Source: an uncultured Bacilli bacterium (GTDB lineage Bacteria > Bacillota_I > Bacilli_A > RF39 > UBA660). From it: 18,072 bases of DNA. Of the stretch, positions 15,635 to 18,072 are shown piece after piece (positions within the stretch are counted from its first letter, which is position 1; every line of letters starts with the position of its first letter). Below the pieces are notes generated by a model. It did no database searches. It saw only the letters and a program-made list of their open reading frames with translations, and was not told where the DNA came from. A program made the position numbers and the translations under genes. The DNA lies in assembly GCA_947586655.1 (NCBI GenBank), contig CANPXR010000018.1, positions 1-18,072 of the forward strand, in the 5' to 3' direction.

Positions 15635-16728
15635 TTTCTTTTTCCTTTCTTAAATAGCTATCAATAAATTCATCTAAGTTCCCATCTAATACCTTACTAA
15701 CATTTGAAGTTTCATATCCGGTTCGATGATCTTTTACCATTGAATAAGGGTGAAGCACATAACTTCTAATTTGAGAACCAAACTCTATACCACTATTATT
15801 ACTTTTTAACATATCAACCTTGCTTTTTTGTTTTTTTAATTCTATTTCATATAGCTTACTCTTTAAAACCTTTAAGGCAATCTCTTTGTTTTTTATTTGG
15901 CTTCGTTCATTTTGACACGTAACTACTATTCCAGTTGGTATATGAGTTACTCTTACCGCACTATCAGTAGTGTTAACTCCTTGACCTCCTGCGCCGCTGC
16001 TTCTATATACATCTATTTTTATGTCCGAATCCTTTAACTCTATATCAACGTTATCATCAAACTCTGGAATAACGTCAACGGCCGCAAAAGAAGTATGTCT
16101 ACGCTTATTTGAGTCAAATGGTGATAACCTTATCAAGCGATGTACCCCTTTTTCAGATTTTAAGTATCCATATGCATAATTACCTTTAACTATGCACGTA
16201 ACACTCTTAATACCAACTTCCTCCCCCGTTTGCTCGAAAGTTATTTCATATTTATAACCTTTTTTATCAAAATATTTTAAATACATTCTAAGAAGCATTT
16301 GCGCCCAGTCTTGACTTTCGGTACCACCAGCACCCGCATGAATTTCAAAAATAGCATTTTTTTCATCAAATTCACCATTTAAAAAGGTTATCATTTCTTG
16401 TTCTTCTAATAATTTATTAGTTTCTATAAATATCTTTTCAAATTCCTGATTAATTTGCTCATCCATTTGATTTTCTTCAAATTCCTTAAATTGTTCAAGT
16501 ACTTCAATATTCCTTTTAATCTTTATTAAAGGACTTATTATTTCCTTTAATTTACTCATTTCTTTTGTTAAATTTTCGGCATTATAGGTATCATTCCAAA
16601 TTCTAGAATCTGATAATTTTTTATTTATTTCATTAATTTTTATTTCTTTTGCCGAAACGTCAAAGACAACTCCATATTTTATTAAACTTTGATTCTAAAA
16701 TTAATATATCTTTATTAGTAATTTCCAT
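15621..16728 (-). CDS. prfB: Peptide chain release factor 2, requiring a programmed +1 frameshift
   Basis: Frame 0 runs from the ATG at 16728 through 22 codons (MEITNKDILILESKFNKIWSCL) to TGA at 16660-16662. The +1 frame continues from GAC at 16661 to TAG at 15621. It contains the SPF tripeptide (RLSPFD) and GGQ (SGAGGQGVNTT). The joined product is about 368 aa. Confidence 0.95.
16659..16674 (-). promoter_or_regulatory. RF2 autoregulatory +1 frameshift site (GGAG-N4-CTT TGA C)
   Basis: The minus strand reads TGGAGTTGT CTT TGA C. The canonical CUU UGA C slippery/stop context has an internal SD-like GGAG 4 nt upstream. Confidence 0.9.
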
Positions 16729-16745
16729 ATAATCACCTATTGTTA

Positions 16746-16754
16746 ATTATAACA
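16746..16754 (-). promoter_or_regulatory. Candidate extended -10 promoter (TGTTATAAT) for prfB
   Basis: The minus strand reads ...TTTTTATGTTATAATTAACAATAGGTGATTATATG. The TGnTATAAT element ends 17 nt before the prfB ATG. No good -35 is present. Confidence 0.4.
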
Positions 16755-16889
16755 TAAAAATATAATTAAATAAATCAAACAATATTAAAAAATACTGGGA
16801 TTATTTTCCATGGCATTTAACTTAAGATATATGCTAATCTTTAGTATAAATATTAATATTACATAATTATGATTAAATATTTTTTTACT

Positions 16890-16939
16890 TAAAAATTGAA
16901 AAAAATAAAAATGAGCTATCACCATTTAATGCTAACTCA
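16890..16939 (-). terminator. Possible terminator after the 104-aa ORF
   Basis: The minus strand reads UGAGUUA-N14-UAGCUCA (7-bp stem with one G-U pair and a large loop) followed by UUUUUAUUUUUUCAAUUUUU. Confidence 0.35.
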
Positions 16940-17012
16940 CTTTTTATCATCTTCTACTTCAAACTACCTCATTTTTTAACGGTAACAAATTATATAAAAT
17001 TCTTAATTTTAA

Positions 17013-17327
17013 TTATTTCGTTTTTTTTGTAAAGGTACATCCAAAACTATCTGATTTATCATCATCACTAAATTTTTTATTTTTTAATTCTAATAATATC
17101 ATTTTAGTAAAACCCGTATTATGATCAATTAAATATTGAACTTCAATAATACTCATTTTATCTAAAAGATTTGGTTCATTCGCTGCGCATAATATTTCTT
17201 TTAATGTTAAATTACCATTACCAAATTCACCATTTCTATACTTTTGCATTATACTGTTATATTTCTCAATATTAACAGTTAACGTTTCTTTTTTATTACC
17301 TTCTAATTCCAAATGACTCATCTCCAT
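17013..17327 (-). CDS. Hypothetical protein (orphan, no recognisable family)
   Basis: 104-aa ORF with a Lys/Asp-rich tail. There is no convincing SD before either ATG (17327 or 17321). Coding status is uncertain. Confidence 0.4.
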   Translation of the reverse strand: MEMSHLELEGNKKETLTVNIEKYNSIMQKYRNGEFGNGNLTLKEILCAANEPNLLDKMSIIEVQYLIDHNTGFTKMILLELKNKKFSDDDKSDSFGCTFTKKTK

Positions 17328-17440
17328 ATATATAAATTCTATTTAATTTAAAATTATTGCACACCTAAATTTACACTTGTTACTTATCCCAATAGTTTTT
17401 ATATTTCTTACCAAACCCACATGCTCCCTACTTTTGAGTA

Positions 17441-17601
17441 TATATAGTATATATAGTATTACCGTTATTATCGGTATTTCAAGGGATTCTAGAGCAGGTA
17501 ACAAATAGTATTTATGTTATTTATAATATTATCAATATTTCTTTAAATACTGGTCTTGGCACATTTTGTATTTATAGTATTATTAGTATTATTGATATTA
17601 T
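17441..17601. repeat. Iteron/operator-like repeats
   Basis: The 14-mer TATTATYRRTATTW occurs three times at 60-61-nt spacing (17466-17479, 17527-17540, 17587-17600). ATAGTAT occurs four times (17444, 17453, 17505, 17574), with a fifth partial TAGTATT copy at 17584. Confidence 0.4.
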
Positions 17602-17612
17602 AAATATTTATT

Positions 17613-17669
17613 AAATGAGGACAATTTGAGGAAAATTTCCTCATTTATACCTCGTTTTCAAAAAACGAG
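17613..17669. other. Cluster of hairpin-forming inverted repeats downstream of the KilA-N-family gene
   Basis: Arm C, TTTCCTCATTT (17636-17646), can pair with either AAATGAGGA (17613-17621) or TGAGGAAA (17627-17634). A separate 8-bp hairpin CTCGTTTT-CAA-AAAACGAG lies at 17651-17669. None has a clean minus-strand U-tract. Confidence 0.35.
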
Positions 17670-17712
17670 AAAATTTTCAACATTCGTTTACCAACTAAAT
17701 TATATAATTTTT

Positions 17713-18072
17713 TTATTGTTCAATTAACTTATTCTCATTAACTTGTTTTTGTAACAATTCTAAATCTTTAATACTTTTGTTATTTTTTAAAGTTTCCATT
17801 TGTCTTCTTGCTGAATTGTTTAATCTAATAAGTCTTTCTCTTTGAGGAACTTTTTCTTCAATTAATTCTGCATTTGTATTTTGTAAATTATTAAGTATTA
17901 CTAAATGTAATAGATCAGCATAGTCCCTTATATTTCCATCTTCTGCAAGTTCTGGATTACTTTCTCTCCATTCTTTTGCAGTCATTCCAAATAAAGCAAC
18001 GTTTAATACATCAGCTTCTTCTGCATACACAAATTGTTTTTGTTTTTCAGTTAAAGTTGGAACTATGCATTT
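17713..18072 (-). CDS. KilA-N-domain family protein, C-terminal part (5' end lies beyond the right edge)
   Basis: The frame is open to base 18072 (KCIVPTLTEKQKQFVYAEEADVLNVALFGMTAKEWRESNPE...GNIRDYADLLHLVILNNLQNTNAELIE...RERLIRLNNSARRQMETL). This matches the conserved C-terminal half of the roughly 270-aa KilA-N-domain proteins as I recall them. The ORF-track start at 18030 is an internal GTG. Confidence 0.75.
   Translation of the reverse strand, partial: KCIVPTLTEKQKQFVYAEEADVLNVALFGMTAKEWRESNPELAEDGNIRDYADLLHLVILNNLQNTNAELIEEKVPQRERLIRLNNSARRQMETLKNNKSIKDLELLQKQVNENKLIEQ

Noticed and set aside
1-18072. Mollicute genetic code 4, and the presence of CRISPR arrays, tRNA or rRNA genes, IS elements or transposases.
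   Set aside because: The RF2 gene, with its UGA-dependent frameshift, and the TGA stops of the rSAM gene and ftsX all argue for code 11. No repeat-spacer arrays, cloverleaf-like GC-rich segments, rRNA-like sequence or transposase/integrase ORFs were seen on either strand.

Overview
This is a very AT-rich, low-GC Bacillota-type chromosomal segment. Every credible CDS except a 45-codon fragment at the left edge lies on the minus strand. TGA is a genuine stop codon, because prfB carries the classic CTT TGA C +1 frameshift site, so this is not a code-4 Mollicute. Read in the direction of transcription (right to left), the window contains five parts. (1) A non-core module with the 3' part of a KilA-N-family gene, a 385-nt spacer holding ~60-nt-periodic repeats and hairpins, and an orphan 104-aa ORF. 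(2) A tightly coupled prfB-yitT-ftsE-ftsX-M23 peptidase block ending in a terminator. (3) uvrB and uvrA, separated by an extra DUF3419-like gene and its own terminator. (4) A five-gene islet made of an ArpU-like regulator, a GNAT acetyltransferase, a radical-SAM/SPASM maturase, a 60-aa six-cysteine peptide and a PF04909-like amidohydrolase. (5) A yvlD-like gene, lgt and trxB, closed by a bidirectional terminator. The islet is the main point of interest. It looks like a compact, transporter-less and protease-less RiPP (sacti/ranthipeptide-like) system. Its precursor gene is masked in the ORF track by a spurious extension of the amidohydrolase ORF. It also has the strongest Shine-Dalgarno in the window, an ATGA overlap with the maturase stop, and a hairpin plus U-tract directly after its stop codon. 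No rRNA, tRNA, CRISPR array or IS/transposase was seen.
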